Shown in pieces: positions 33,394 through 41,553 of a stretch of 64,000 bases of DNA; positions within the stretch are counted from its first letter, which is position 1; each line of letters begins with the position of its first letter. The position numbers were made by a program, and so were the translations under genes. The notes beneath the pieces were generated by a model, which did not search any database, was not told the DNA's origin, and saw nothing but the letters and a program-made list of their open reading frames with translations. Source of the DNA: Rhodocyclaceae bacterium (GTDB taxonomy: Bacteria; Pseudomonadota; Gammaproteobacteria; Burkholderiales; Rhodocyclaceae); assembly GCA_044359525.1 (NCBI GenBank), contig JBIKLY010000006.1, positions 370-64,369 on the forward strand. Reading direction: 5' to 3'.

Positions 33394-33630
33394 AGGAATT
33401 GCGGCGCTGGTCCGGATTACGCGGCCACGCGACAAGCCACCGCGCCCGGGGCGCAACCCCAACCGGTGAGGTGGTCTCGATCACCGCGCGGCGCGTTGTC
33501 ACTCTCGACGCCAGTCCGAAAGGACGTCCGCGTTGACAGTTTTGTTTCGTAGGCTGATCAGCCGGATTTCATGGTGGGCGACGCACGTGGAAGCGCGTTT
33601 GGCGGACTGGATAGGAACTCAGGTCATCCC

Positions 33631-33659
33631 TTCCAGTCCGACTGCTATGCGCATACAAT
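33631..33659 (+). promoter_or_regulatory. Possible sigma70 promoter of ccdAB (TTCCAG-N17-TACAAT) with an embedded 10-bp palindrome TATGCGCATA
   Basis: Hexamers at 33631-33636 and 33654-33659, palindrome at 33646-33655, AGGAGG at 33666-33671 and ATG at 33678. Confidence 0.3.
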
Positions 33660-33677
33660 GCACACAGGAGGTGTCCA

Positions 33678-33932
33678 ATGAAATCAAGCATCACCAGCCA
33701 TCAAACTCAGAAGCGGCCATTCAATCTGACGCTGAACGAAAGCAATGTCGAACAAGCTCGACATTTCACGAGCAACTTGTCTGCCACGGTGGATCGGCTG
33801 CTCGCCGAGTTTGTTGCACGAGAAAATCTGGCACGCAACGAGAAGCGGCAGCTTTACGCAAAGGTATCCGAAGCCTGGAACAAACTGGAGGAACTCCACG
33901 GGGCCTTCGGCGATGAGCACTCCCCTCTATGA
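33678..33932 (+). CDS. ccdA: Type II antitoxin CcdA
   Basis: 84 aa. FNLTLNESNVEQARHFTSNLSATVDRLLAEFV...EAWNKLEELHGAFGDEH matches the CcdA pattern (an RHH-like N-terminus followed by a disordered tail). It overlaps ccdB by 4 nt. Confidence 0.8.
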   Translation: MKSSITSHQTQKRPFNLTLNESNVEQARHFTSNLSATVDRLLAEFVARENLARNEKRQLYAKVSEAWNKLEELHGAFGDEHSPL

Positions 33933-34258
33933 GCCAATTTGACGTTCATCGGAACACAGGGCGCAATGCGGCGCAGATTCCGTTTGTGGTCATCGTTCAG
34001 TCTGCGGCATTCGATGACCGGAAGCGTCGGATTGTCATCCCCTTGTGGGCAAGTGAAAAAGCACGCGAAGAGGTCGATATTCCAACTTCAAGAATCAACC
34101 CGACCTTCTCCGTGGAGGGGATCCAGGTCATCCTGCATCCCCTGCAAATTGTATCCGTGCCGGTTAATACGCTTGGCAAGAAAGTGGCTTCTTTGGCCGA
34201 GGAAGGTGACGCAATAATCGCAGCGCTGGACGAAGTTTTTTCACGCGCATTGGGATGA
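33929..34258 (+). CDS. ccdB: Type II toxin CcdB (gyrase poison family)
   Basis: 109 aa. MSQFDVHRNTG...PFVVIVQSAAFDDRKRRIVIPL...INPTFSVEGIQVILHPLQIVSVPVNTLG...IIAALDEVF matches CcdB family landmarks. Confidence 0.8.
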   Translation: MSQFDVHRNTGRNAAQIPFVVIVQSAAFDDRKRRIVIPLWASEKAREEVDIPTSRINPTFSVEGIQVILHPLQIVSVPVNTLGKKVASLAEEGDAIIAALDEVFSRALG

Positions 34259-34368
34259 CGCTTCCCAAATGTCGCACTGCAAGCCGAAAGTCATCTGTGA
34301 GTTTTTCGGGATTGCAGAAAGCACCGGGCAGAACAAATCCAGCGAAATCAGCGCGAGGGGAATGAGCT

Positions 34369-34986
34369 TTGGAAGTTGTGGCGGTAATCGACTTTGAGAC
34401 GACCGGTTTGTCACCGGCGCAGGGTGACCGTGCGACCGAGATTGCCGCCGTAATCCTGCACGACGGCAAGGTGGTGGACCGCTATCAGAGCTTGATGAAT
34501 GCGGGGGTGCGCATCCCCGCGTTCATCGAAGCGCTGACCGGAATCTCCAATGCCATGATTCGTTCGGCGCCGCCGGCGGCGGATGTGATGCGCGAAGTTT
34601 CCGCGTTCATTGGCGACTACCCGCTGGTTGCCCACAACGCCTCGTTTGACTGCAAGTTCTGGGATGCCGAACTGGCCCGCATCGACCAGCGGAGACGCCA
34701 GGAGTTCGCCTGTTCCTTGTTGCTGTCGCGTCGTCTGTTGCCGCAGGCCCCGAGCCACAAGCTGGGCGCGCTGGTCGAATTCGCCAGGCTACCGGTGGCG
34801 GGGCGCGCACACCGGGCCTTGGCTGATGCCGAGATGGCCGCCAGCCTGATGGTTCATCTGGAAACGGAGTTGCGCAGCCGGTACAAGGTACGCGATGTGT
34901 CGCATGAGCTGCTGCGCAAGATTCAAAACGTCCCGAAAGCCAAGCTGGAGCAGTGTCTGGAGCGCCATCAACAAGCGCGGAAGTAA
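34369..34986 (+). CDS. DnaQ-like 3'-5' exonuclease (DEDDh family), stand-alone
   Basis: ExoI VIDFETTG, ExoII LVAHNASFDCKFW and ExoIII HRALADAEMAA. The TTG 34369 start follows GAGGGGA. GTG 34378 is an alternative start. Confidence 0.85.
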   Translation: MEVVAVIDFETTGLSPAQGDRATEIAAVILHDGKVVDRYQSLMNAGVRIPAFIEALTGISNAMIRSAPPAADVMREVSAFIGDYPLVAHNASFDCKFWDAELARIDQRRRQEFACSLLLSRRLLPQAPSHKLGALVEFARLPVAGRAHRALADAEMAASLMVHLETELRSRYKVRDVSHELLRKIQNVPKAKLEQCLERHQQARK

Positions 34987-35043
34987 TAGACCTGAAGAAC
35001 GCAGCTACAAACGCTTTCAACAGCGCGCAGCCTCCCCTTGGGG

Positions 35044-35077
35044 GACAGAGAGCACAGAGCCACAAAGGGCACAGAGA
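35044..35077. repeat. Imperfect tandem 8-9 nt repeat (CACAGAG units)
   Basis: GACAGAG-AGCACAGAG-CCACAAAG-GGCACAGAG-A, intergenic. A partial inverted echo TTCTGTGTTTTCTCCGTG lies at about 35129-35146. Confidence 0.6.
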
Positions 35078-35211
35078 AAAACTTTAAATTACTCGCTGGG
35101 TGCGTCGTATTAATATAATTCTTTGTATTTTCTGTGTTTTCTCCGTGCGACTGCTTTTGGGCAGTATGCTCAATGCGTGCTCCCCGACTCGATACCTCAG
35201 AAAGGCGACAA

Positions 35212-35829
35212 ATGAATAAGCTGAAGCTGACCTATTTCGACTTCCCCGGCGGACGGGCAGAGCCTGCCCGGCTGGCCATGCATCTTGGCGGTATTCCGTT
35301 TGAGGACTATCGTTTTGCGCCGAGCGAGTTTTCTGAGGTGCGCAAGACGACCCCGCTCGGTCAGGTGCCCACCCTTCACGTTAACGATGTGCAGATCACG
35401 CAAAGTGACGCGATCACGCGCTATGTCGGGAAACTGGCCGGGCTGTATCCGGAAGATGATTTGCAGGCCCTGTTCTGTGACGAAGCGATGGGCGCGTTGG
35501 AGGACTTCAATATCAAGATCGGGGCAACTTTCGGGCTGACCGGCGACGAGCTGAAGAATGCGCGAGAAGCCCTGGTCACCGGCGCCTTGCCCAAGTATTT
35601 GCGCTGGCTCCAGCATCAACTTGAAAGCCACGGCGGCGCGTTTCTTGCGGACAATCGCCTGACGATCGCCGACCTCAAAGCCTTCGTTATCCTGCGCTGG
35701 CTGAGTTCCGGGAATCTGGATCACATTCCTGGCGATTTGCTTGAAACGGTGGCGCCGAGTCTGCGCGATTATATGAAGCGGATCGCTGAACTTCCTGCCA
35801 TCGCGCAATACTATGCAGGTCGCGGGTAA
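35212..35829 (+). CDS. Glutathione S-transferase family protein
   Basis: ATG 35212 (MNKLKLTYFDFPGGRAEP). It has a thioredoxin-like N-domain (GQVPTLHVNDVQITQSDAITRY) and a helical C-domain. The 5' extension of ORF 35134 is rejected. Confidence 0.85.
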   Translation: MNKLKLTYFDFPGGRAEPARLAMHLGGIPFEDYRFAPSEFSEVRKTTPLGQVPTLHVNDVQITQSDAITRYVGKLAGLYPEDDLQALFCDEAMGALEDFNIKIGATFGLTGDELKNAREALVTGALPKYLRWLQHQLESHGGAFLADNRLTIADLKAFVILRWLSSGNLDHIPGDLLETVAPSLRDYMKRIAELPAIAQYYAGRG

Positions 35830-35996
35830 CCGGGAAGTGCAAGATAAGCAAGATATGCGGGTCAGCTTCGGATTGAAATCCTGCGATGTCTGCATGGCTG
35901 CAGCCCTTATAAATAGGCGATCTACAAGGGGTGCGCTTGTAGAATGGCGTATCTATTGGCTTGCAGGCTTCCTGCTTGTTTCGTCTCGCTACAGAC

Positions 35997-37361
35997 TCAA
36001 CCCAGCCGTCTGATCCTGGCGCTGGCCGTCTCGATGTGCTGTTCAAGCGCTGCGCTGCACGCGCCGAATCGCTGGCTGAAGCCTGTTGCCGCAATGACCC
36101 GGGCGAGGAAGGCGCGTGCCAGTTCGTCCGCCTCTGACCAGGTTTCGTTGGCCACACTGGCGTGAATGGTCGCCTCCGCGATGGTGTCCGGCAGCCCGCC
36201 ACCACTGCGCGGCGCGAAGGCCATCGGTGTCATGTCGTAGGCCGGTGCAATGTCGTAAGGACGACCGTGCGCCGAGATGAATGACAGGTTGCCGCCGTGC
36301 ATATCCGTGTTACCGATCAGCGTGCCAAAAGCCCACAGCAAATCTGCGGCGTCCGCCGCTGCTGGACGGATTTGGCCGTCAGCCGCAAGGCGGCGGGCAA
36401 TGACTGGCCAGCCACCGGTTCCGCCGCCGACGAGCTTGGCATCGAGCGCGGCATCCAGCGCGGCCAAGGAAATCAGCGCACGCCGGCCCAGGTTGCCGGC
36501 ACGATCAAAGCGCTCGACTTCAAGGAAACGCTGGCCGCCGTGGTCGAAGACCTGTGTCCTGGCGGCGGGGATGCCGGCTTCGCGCAGCGTCCCCAGCGCG
36601 AGATGTTCGGCCAGCAACAGATCGCGCCAGCGTTCGCTGACGGGGCTTTCCTCAAGCTCGCTGAACTTGACGATGACGTGTCGAGTGCCATTAGGCGTCA
36701 TGGCAAAGGCCGTGAACTTTGGCTGCTCGCCGCCGGCTGACGATCCCGCTATCTCACCACGGGCGGCGCCGAGCGCCAAGCTGGCATATTCCTCGGCCTT
36801 CTGTTCCGCCGCGATTGGATCAGGGAGGGGCGCGGTGAGAAAACGATCCCGCGTCAGATCGCCGAGCAGCAGATTGCCGACCACATCATGGCCATGCACG
36901 ATCAGCGCCCGCAAGGCGTCGGTCTCTGTCCAGTCGGTGAGGCGCGCCGGTAGGGCCAGTTCAGCACCGTGGCGAGCCGCGTACGCCCGGCCGAGATAGC
37001 CCTGCGGGCGCATGTCCAGCAACCACCATGGCAAGCCGTCGCTGTGCAGGGCGTACGGCGTGGCTCCGTTCTCCTGGCGCATGACGAAGCCTTGTGGACG
37101 CACGGGAATCAGCGTTCCTGTTTGCCGGATCCGGCCTTCTGCATCGACCCGGTAAACCGGGATGTCCGGCAATCCGCGCGTGCCATCGCGTAGTGTGTAT
37201 TGAATAGATCGCGCTGCGCCGATCCGGACGACTTCTTCGCCAAGTTCGCTCAGCGCGCGCGAGACCGTTGGCTGACTTATGCCAATACTTTCAATAAGTT
37301 GGCGCGCGGACAGCGGCCCGCCGGATAGGCGAAAGCGGATCAGGTCAAGGTACGATGACAT
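35997..37361 (-). CDS. HipA-family Ser/Thr kinase with fused N-terminal winged HTH (YjjJ/HipH-like)
   Basis: The N-terminal LSARQLIESIGISQPTVSRALSELGEEVVRIGAARSIQYTLRD parallels E. coli YjjJ. The kinase core has GGEQPKF and LIGNTDMHGGNLSF (catalytic loop). No adjacent hipB-like gene is present. Confidence 0.8.
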   Translation of the reverse strand: MSSYLDLIRFRLSGGPLSARQLIESIGISQPTVSRALSELGEEVVRIGAARSIQYTLRDGTRGLPDIPVYRVDAEGRIRQTGTLIPVRPQGFVMRQENGATPYALHSDGLPWWLLDMRPQGYLGRAYAARHGAELALPARLTDWTETDALRALIVHGHDVVGNLLLGDLTRDRFLTAPLPDPIAAEQKAEEYASLALGAARGEIAGSSAGGEQPKFTAFAMTPNGTRHVIVKFSELEESPVSERWRDLLLAEHLALGTLREAGIPAARTQVFDHGGQRFLEVERFDRAGNLGRRALISLAALDAALDAKLVGGGTGGWPVIARRLAADGQIRPAAADAADLLWAFGTLIGNTDMHGGNLSFISAHGRPYDIAPAYDMTPMAFAPRSGGGLPDTIAEATIHASVANETWSEADELARAFLARVIAATGFSQRFGACSAALEQHIETASARIRRLG

Positions 37362-37371
37362 ACCGGTGAAT

Positions 37372-37403
37372 TAGTATCGGAATTGATGATTGAATAGATA
37401 CTA
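37372..37403. promoter_or_regulatory. Inverted repeat TAGTATC-N18-GATACTA upstream of the yjjJ-like gene (candidate operator)
   Basis: Perfect 7-bp arms 11-42 nt upstream of the start codon. The spacer contains the tandem ATTGAtgATTGA. Confidence 0.3.
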
Positions 37404-37460
37404 TAGGTTGATTTGACGTTCTTGCGGAAAATATCGCCACTTGAGGTCGCTTGATTTGAG

Positions 37461-38042
37461 TCAGAGGCGGCAGCGATCCTTGACTTCGGCGTGACGCGGG
37501 CACGTCGTCAGATGGTCATTGACCATGCCGGCCGACTGCATGAACGCATAGCAGATCGTCGATCCGACGAACTTGAAGCCGGCTTTGACCAGGGCCTTGC
37601 TCAGCGCATCCGACTGCTTCGTTTTAGCCGGCACTTCGGCCAGCGAAGTCCATTGGTTCTGGATCGGCGCGCCATCGACGAATTGCCAGAGAAAGTCGCT
37701 GAACGACTGTCCATCGGCGGTCAACGCCAGGTAGGCCTTGGCGTTATGGATGGCGGCGGCGACCTTGGCGCGGTTGCGCACGATGCCCGCATCGGCGAGC
37801 AGTGCGGCGACTTTTTCGTCGCCGTAGCGGGCGATCAGCGCCGGATCGAAAGCATCGAAGGCGCGCCGGTAGTTTTCCCGTTTCTTGAGGATCGTCGCCC
37901 ACGACAGACCGGCCTGCGCGCCTTCGAGGATCAGCAGCTCGAACAGCGCCCTATCGTCGTGTAGCGGCACGCCCCATTCGGCATCATGGTATGCGCGGTA
38001 AAGGTCGAAACCTTCGCACCAGGGGCAGCGTTGCATGGGCAT
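37461..38042 (-). CDS. tag: DNA-3-methyladenine glycosylase I (Tag)
   Basis: MPMQRCPWCEGFDLYRAYHDAEWGVPLHDDRALFELLILEGAQAGLSW...TICYAFMQSAGMVNDH matches Tag throughout. The ORF's 60-codon 5' extension is rejected. ATG 38042 overlaps the stop of the upstream gene. Confidence 0.92.
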   Translation of the reverse strand: MPMQRCPWCEGFDLYRAYHDAEWGVPLHDDRALFELLILEGAQAGLSWATILKKRENYRRAFDAFDPALIARYGDEKVAALLADAGIVRNRAKVAAAIHNAKAYLALTADGQSFSDFLWQFVDGAPIQNQWTSLAEVPAKTKQSDALSKALVKAGFKFVGSTICYAFMQSAGMVNDHLTTCPRHAEVKDRCRL

Positions 38043-38911
38043 CACGCGTCCTTGGCAAAGTAGGGCAAGAGCGCCCTGGCTGCGCTGATTCGCTGGCGGG
38101 CACTGGCGGACGCGTCGTTCATCACGGCCAGCAGGAAGCTTTTCGGGTCGCTGAAATTGTTGCCGACATTGAGCAGGGTGCGCGTGTGGCCGGCGCCCGG
38201 AACGGGCTGGCTGGCCGAGCATTCTGTGGGCGACGGGACGGGATTGCTCGCCGATTCGGCCGCTGTCTGGAGAACGCCCAGCGCCTTTTGTAGTTCCCCG
38301 GCCTTGATGCTTTTCAGGCCGGCCAGGATGTCCGCCTGGCGGCCCATGTTCGGCGCCATTTCCAGCCCGGGTTCGTCAACGAACATGGCGCCCATGCTTG
38401 GGTCGATGAACGCCGACCATTTGCCGGTCGCCGCGTGCAGGGCCGGCACCAGCTTGCTTACCGTCTGCTCGGCAGCCGGCAGCAATTGAAGCTTGGCGAC
38501 GGTAATTTCGGCCAGATACTCGCTGCGCAGCGCGTCGAGGAAGCGCTGCGTCTGCGCCACGGGGAGCGGCTCGGCCAGCGAAAACCACAGGCAATAGCCC
38601 TGGCGCCCGGAAATGGAGATTGCCGGAGCCGGCAAATCCAGTTCGTCCTGCACCGCCCGATAGAGATTGGCCACCTGCTGCCAGTCGCCCGGCTTGGCGA
38701 AATTGACGAGCATGGCCCGCGCCATGCCGTCGGCGCTGACCAGCTGGAGCGCGATGGTCTGCTCGCCGGCCAGGCTGCTGGCGACGATTGCCGGGGTCAA
38801 CACACCTTCGGCCGGGTAAGCCGGCTGGCCGCCAGTGTCCAGTTGCTCGCTGTGCCATTGCTGGTCGGGGAGGAAATAGAGCCGTTGCAGCTCGGAAATC
38901 AGTTTGTTCAT
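38042..38911 (-). CDS. Uncharacterised protein with motifs resembling a catalytically degenerate AEP/LigD-polymerase fold
   Basis: 289 aa and coding-like, with no family I can name with certainty. LVNFAKPGD...YRAVQDEL, SISGRQGYCLWFSLAEP and GKWSAFIDPS resemble AEP motifs I-III with the catalytic residues replaced. See findings. Confidence 0.6.
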   Translation of the reverse strand: MNKLISELQRLYFLPDQQWHSEQLDTGGQPAYPAEGVLTPAIVASSLAGEQTIALQLVSADGMARAMLVNFAKPGDWQQVANLYRAVQDELDLPAPAISISGRQGYCLWFSLAEPLPVAQTQRFLDALRSEYLAEITVAKLQLLPAAEQTVSKLVPALHAATGKWSAFIDPSMGAMFVDEPGLEMAPNMGRQADILAGLKSIKAGELQKALGVLQTAAESASNPVPSPTECSASQPVPGAGHTRTLLNVGNNFSDPKSFLLAVMNDASASARQRISAARALLPYFAKDA

Positions 38912-39065
38912 GCATCACCAAAATAGGAGGTCGGGTCGCGGGACGCCGGTTGCCTGAGCTTACCGCAGACGCCTGGCTTGCATGTTCCCATCTTCTGTAC
39001 GAGTTTTATTGACTTTTATTGTAAAACCAGTAAATTATCCATATGAAAATAATTGCGGATAAAAA

Positions 39066-40247
39066 ATGATTCACTTCCCCCGCGAATTGCTTGCCAATCA
39101 GCTTGTTGAAGCGCTGCAAGGCAAAGCGGTTTTCAGCGATGCCCACAATGGCTTATTCCTCGCCGCACCGCGCCGAACGGGTAAATCCACCTTTTTGCAG
39201 GGTGATTTGAAGCCGGCGCTGGAGCGGCAGGGTATCGTTGTCGTTTATGTCGATCTCTGGGCCGACCAGCGCCGGGACCCTGGCATCCTCATTGCCGAAG
39301 GCATTGGCCGTGCCCTCGCGCCGCAACTCGGGGTAGTCGCCAGAACGGCCAAGGCGGCGGGACTGGAAAATATTTCGATTGCCGGCTGGCTCAAGATAGA
39401 TACCAGCAAGATCGGCCGGGTCGACGGTGCGACACTGCCCGAAGCCCTGCGTGCGCTGCACGAAGCGGCCAAGGCGCCAGTCGCCCTGATCATCGACGAA
39501 GCGCAACACGCGCTGACCAGTGAAGCCGGCGAAACCGCCATGGCTGCGCTCAAGTCGGCCCGTGACCAGCTCAACAGCCCCGGGCGTGTCAATCTCATGC
39601 TGGTCATGTCCGGGTCCGACCGCGACAAGTTGCTGCGCCTCGTCAATACCAATGGGGCGCCTTTCTACGGCTCGCAAATTCAGCGCATGCCCGAGCTGGA
39701 TGCCGAATTCATCGCGCACATCGCCCGCCTCATCGAAGCCCAGCGCGCCCACCTGGCACCGGTCGATGAGCGCGTGCTGTACGAAGCCTTCCAGCGCTTT
39801 GGCTGTCGCCCGCAATTTTTCATGGAAGCCCTGGGGCAGGCACTCAGCCCGCTGGCCGGCATCACCGGCCGCTTCGAACCCGCCGTGCTGCAAGCCGCGC
39901 AGCAACGCCAGGAGGACGACGAAGCGCAAATGGAGTCCGAATACCTCGGGCTCAAGCCGCTCGAACAGGCCGTGCTCTGGCGCTTGCTCGACCAAGGCTC
40001 GCGCTTTCGCCCCTACGACGCCGAAGCTCTCAAGTTCTACCGCGAAACCACCGGCGAAAAAGTCAGCGCACAGAAAGCGCAAAACGCCCTGGAAACGCTG
40101 CGCCAACGCACCCCGGCCATGGTCTGGAAATCCGCTCGTGGCGAATACGCCGTCGACGATGCCGCCATGCACCGCTGGTACGCGCAACGTGTTGCCGCCA
40201 GTAACTGGCCACCGCAAGACGCGCAACTGGATTTGCTCGATCAATGA
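39066..40247 (+). CDS. AAA+ ATPase (Arch_ATPase/ORC-Cdc6-like) with a winged-helix-like C-terminus
   Basis: Walker A APRRTGKST and Walker B ALIIDEAQHAL. The mirror ORF 39153..40337 on the minus strand has no motifs. Confidence 0.8.
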   Translation: MIHFPRELLANQLVEALQGKAVFSDAHNGLFLAAPRRTGKSTFLQGDLKPALERQGIVVVYVDLWADQRRDPGILIAEGIGRALAPQLGVVARTAKAAGLENISIAGWLKIDTSKIGRVDGATLPEALRALHEAAKAPVALIIDEAQHALTSEAGETAMAALKSARDQLNSPGRVNLMLVMSGSDRDKLLRLVNTNGAPFYGSQIQRMPELDAEFIAHIARLIEAQRAHLAPVDERVLYEAFQRFGCRPQFFMEALGQALSPLAGITGRFEPAVLQAAQQRQEDDEAQMESEYLGLKPLEQAVLWRLLDQGSRFRPYDAEALKFYRETTGEKVSAQKAQNALETLRQRTPAMVWKSARGEYAVDDAAMHRWYAQRVAASNWPPQDAQLDLLDQ

Positions 40248-40371
40248 GGCCTTGGCGGCGTAAGGGAAGTTCTGGCGTAGCCCCGCAACTACGCGCAGAA
40301 GCTTCGCCTGACTCAGCCGCAATTCGGCCCTTGGCATTTGCTTCCGGGCTTATCTTTTTTGGAGTTACCTG

Positions 40372-41082
40372 ATGGAACTAGAACGCCTGCTTCGCTCGCA
40401 GGGCTTTGGCAGCCGGCCGGAATGCCGGGCGCTGATCTGCGCCGGGCGCGTTAGCGTGGCCGGCGAGCCGTGCGACGATCCGTATGCCGAATTCGAGGCG
40501 AAAGAGGGGCTGCCCTACTCGGTCGATGGCTTGCCGCTGGTCTTTCGTACGAAGGTCTATCTGGCGCTGCACAAGCCGGCCGACTACGAGTGCTCGCACA
40601 AGCCGAAGCACCATCCGAGCGTCTATTCGCTGCTGCCGCGTTTCCTGCTGACGCGCGACGTGCAGGCGGTCGGCCGGCTCGACGAGGACACCACTGGCCT
40701 GCTCCTGCTGACCGACGACGGGCAGTTCATCCACACCTACAGCTCGCCGAAGAAGAAGATCCCGAAGGTCTATGAAGTGACGGCCAAGCATCCGGTCGAC
40801 GACGAGCAGATCAGCGCCCTGCTGGCCGGCGTTCAGTTGAACGACGAGCCGGCGCCGATTGCGGCGGCGGGCTGCGAACGGGTTTCGGAGCGCCTGATCC
40901 GGCTGACCGTGACGGAAGGCAAGTACCACCTGGTAAAACGCATGGTGGCGGCCGCCGGCAATCGGGTTGAGGCATTGCACCGTGTTTCGGTCGGCGGTTT
41001 TGTCTTGCCGGCCAGCTTACCGCCCGGCCAGTGGATGTGGCTGGAAGCGGACGATCTGGCGCGCCTGGCGCAGCTTGCTTAG
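40372..41082 (+). CDS. rsuA: 16S rRNA pseudouridine(516) synthase RsuA family
   Basis: S4-like N-terminus, catalytic AVGRLDEDTTGLLLLTDDG and EGKYHLVKRM blocks, collinear with E. coli RsuA. Confidence 0.88.
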   Translation: MELERLLRSQGFGSRPECRALICAGRVSVAGEPCDDPYAEFEAKEGLPYSVDGLPLVFRTKVYLALHKPADYECSHKPKHHPSVYSLLPRFLLTRDVQAVGRLDEDTTGLLLLTDDGQFIHTYSSPKKKIPKVYEVTAKHPVDDEQISALLAGVQLNDEPAPIAAAGCERVSERLIRLTVTEGKYHLVKRMVAAAGNRVEALHRVSVGGFVLPASLPPGQWMWLEADDLARLAQLA

Positions 41083-41162
41083 GCCTGTCTGCTGGCTGCA
41101 GTTGCCGGCTTGCGCCAGTCGGCGCATCATCGGGCTGTCATGAAACTTTTTTGGAGAAACTC

Positions 41163-41522
41163 GTGCAAACTGTACTGATCATCATTCATGCGCCGGCCTA
41201 CGGTAGCGAGCGCATGTTGAGTGCGCTCCGTCTGGCGACGTCCATCCTTAGCCAGGAGATCGAAACGGTCGATCTGCGTATTTTCATGATGTCCGATGCT
41301 GTGACCGTGGGCCTGCCAAATCAGCCAGAGGCCGCCGCCGGTGGCGGGTTGCAGCAGATGCTCGAACATCTGGTCGAGCACGGCGCGAAAATTCGTTTGT
41401 GCCGGACCTGTGCATTGGCGCGCGGCGTGGCCGATTTGCCGCTGATTCCCGGTGTCGCCATTGGCACGCTGGCCGAACTCGCCGAAGTGGCGCTGGTAGC
41501 CGACAAGGTCATTACTTTCTGA
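41163..41522 (+). CDS. DsrE/DsrF-like family protein
   Basis: The GTG 41163 start follows GGAGAA. 119 aa: VQTVLIIIHAPAYGSERMLSALRLA...KIRLCRTCALARG, as is typical of the DsrE/TusD fold. Confidence 0.7.
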   Translation: MQTVLIIIHAPAYGSERMLSALRLATSILSQEIETVDLRIFMMSDAVTVGLPNQPEAAAGGGLQQMLEHLVEHGAKIRLCRTCALARGVADLPLIPGVAIGTLAELAEVALVADKVITF

Positions 41523-41553
41523 CCGGGACCAGGACCAGGACTAGGACTTCGCA

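Noticed and set aside
33394-33677. Searched for a tRNA or integration-site remnant between trmA and ccdA
   Set aside because: I could see no cloverleaf-compatible sequence and no T-loop GGTTCGAATCC-type motif. I could not support any RNA gene.
33533-33916. 127-aa + strand ORF overlapping ccdA
   Set aside because: It is in a different frame from the CcdA-like ORF, which has an AGGAGG RBS and family motifs. This ORF has neither.
39153-40337. 394-aa minus-strand ORF mirroring the AAA+ ATPase gene
   Set aside because: Only the + strand product has Walker A/B motifs and a sensible start with an upstream AT-rich promoter region.
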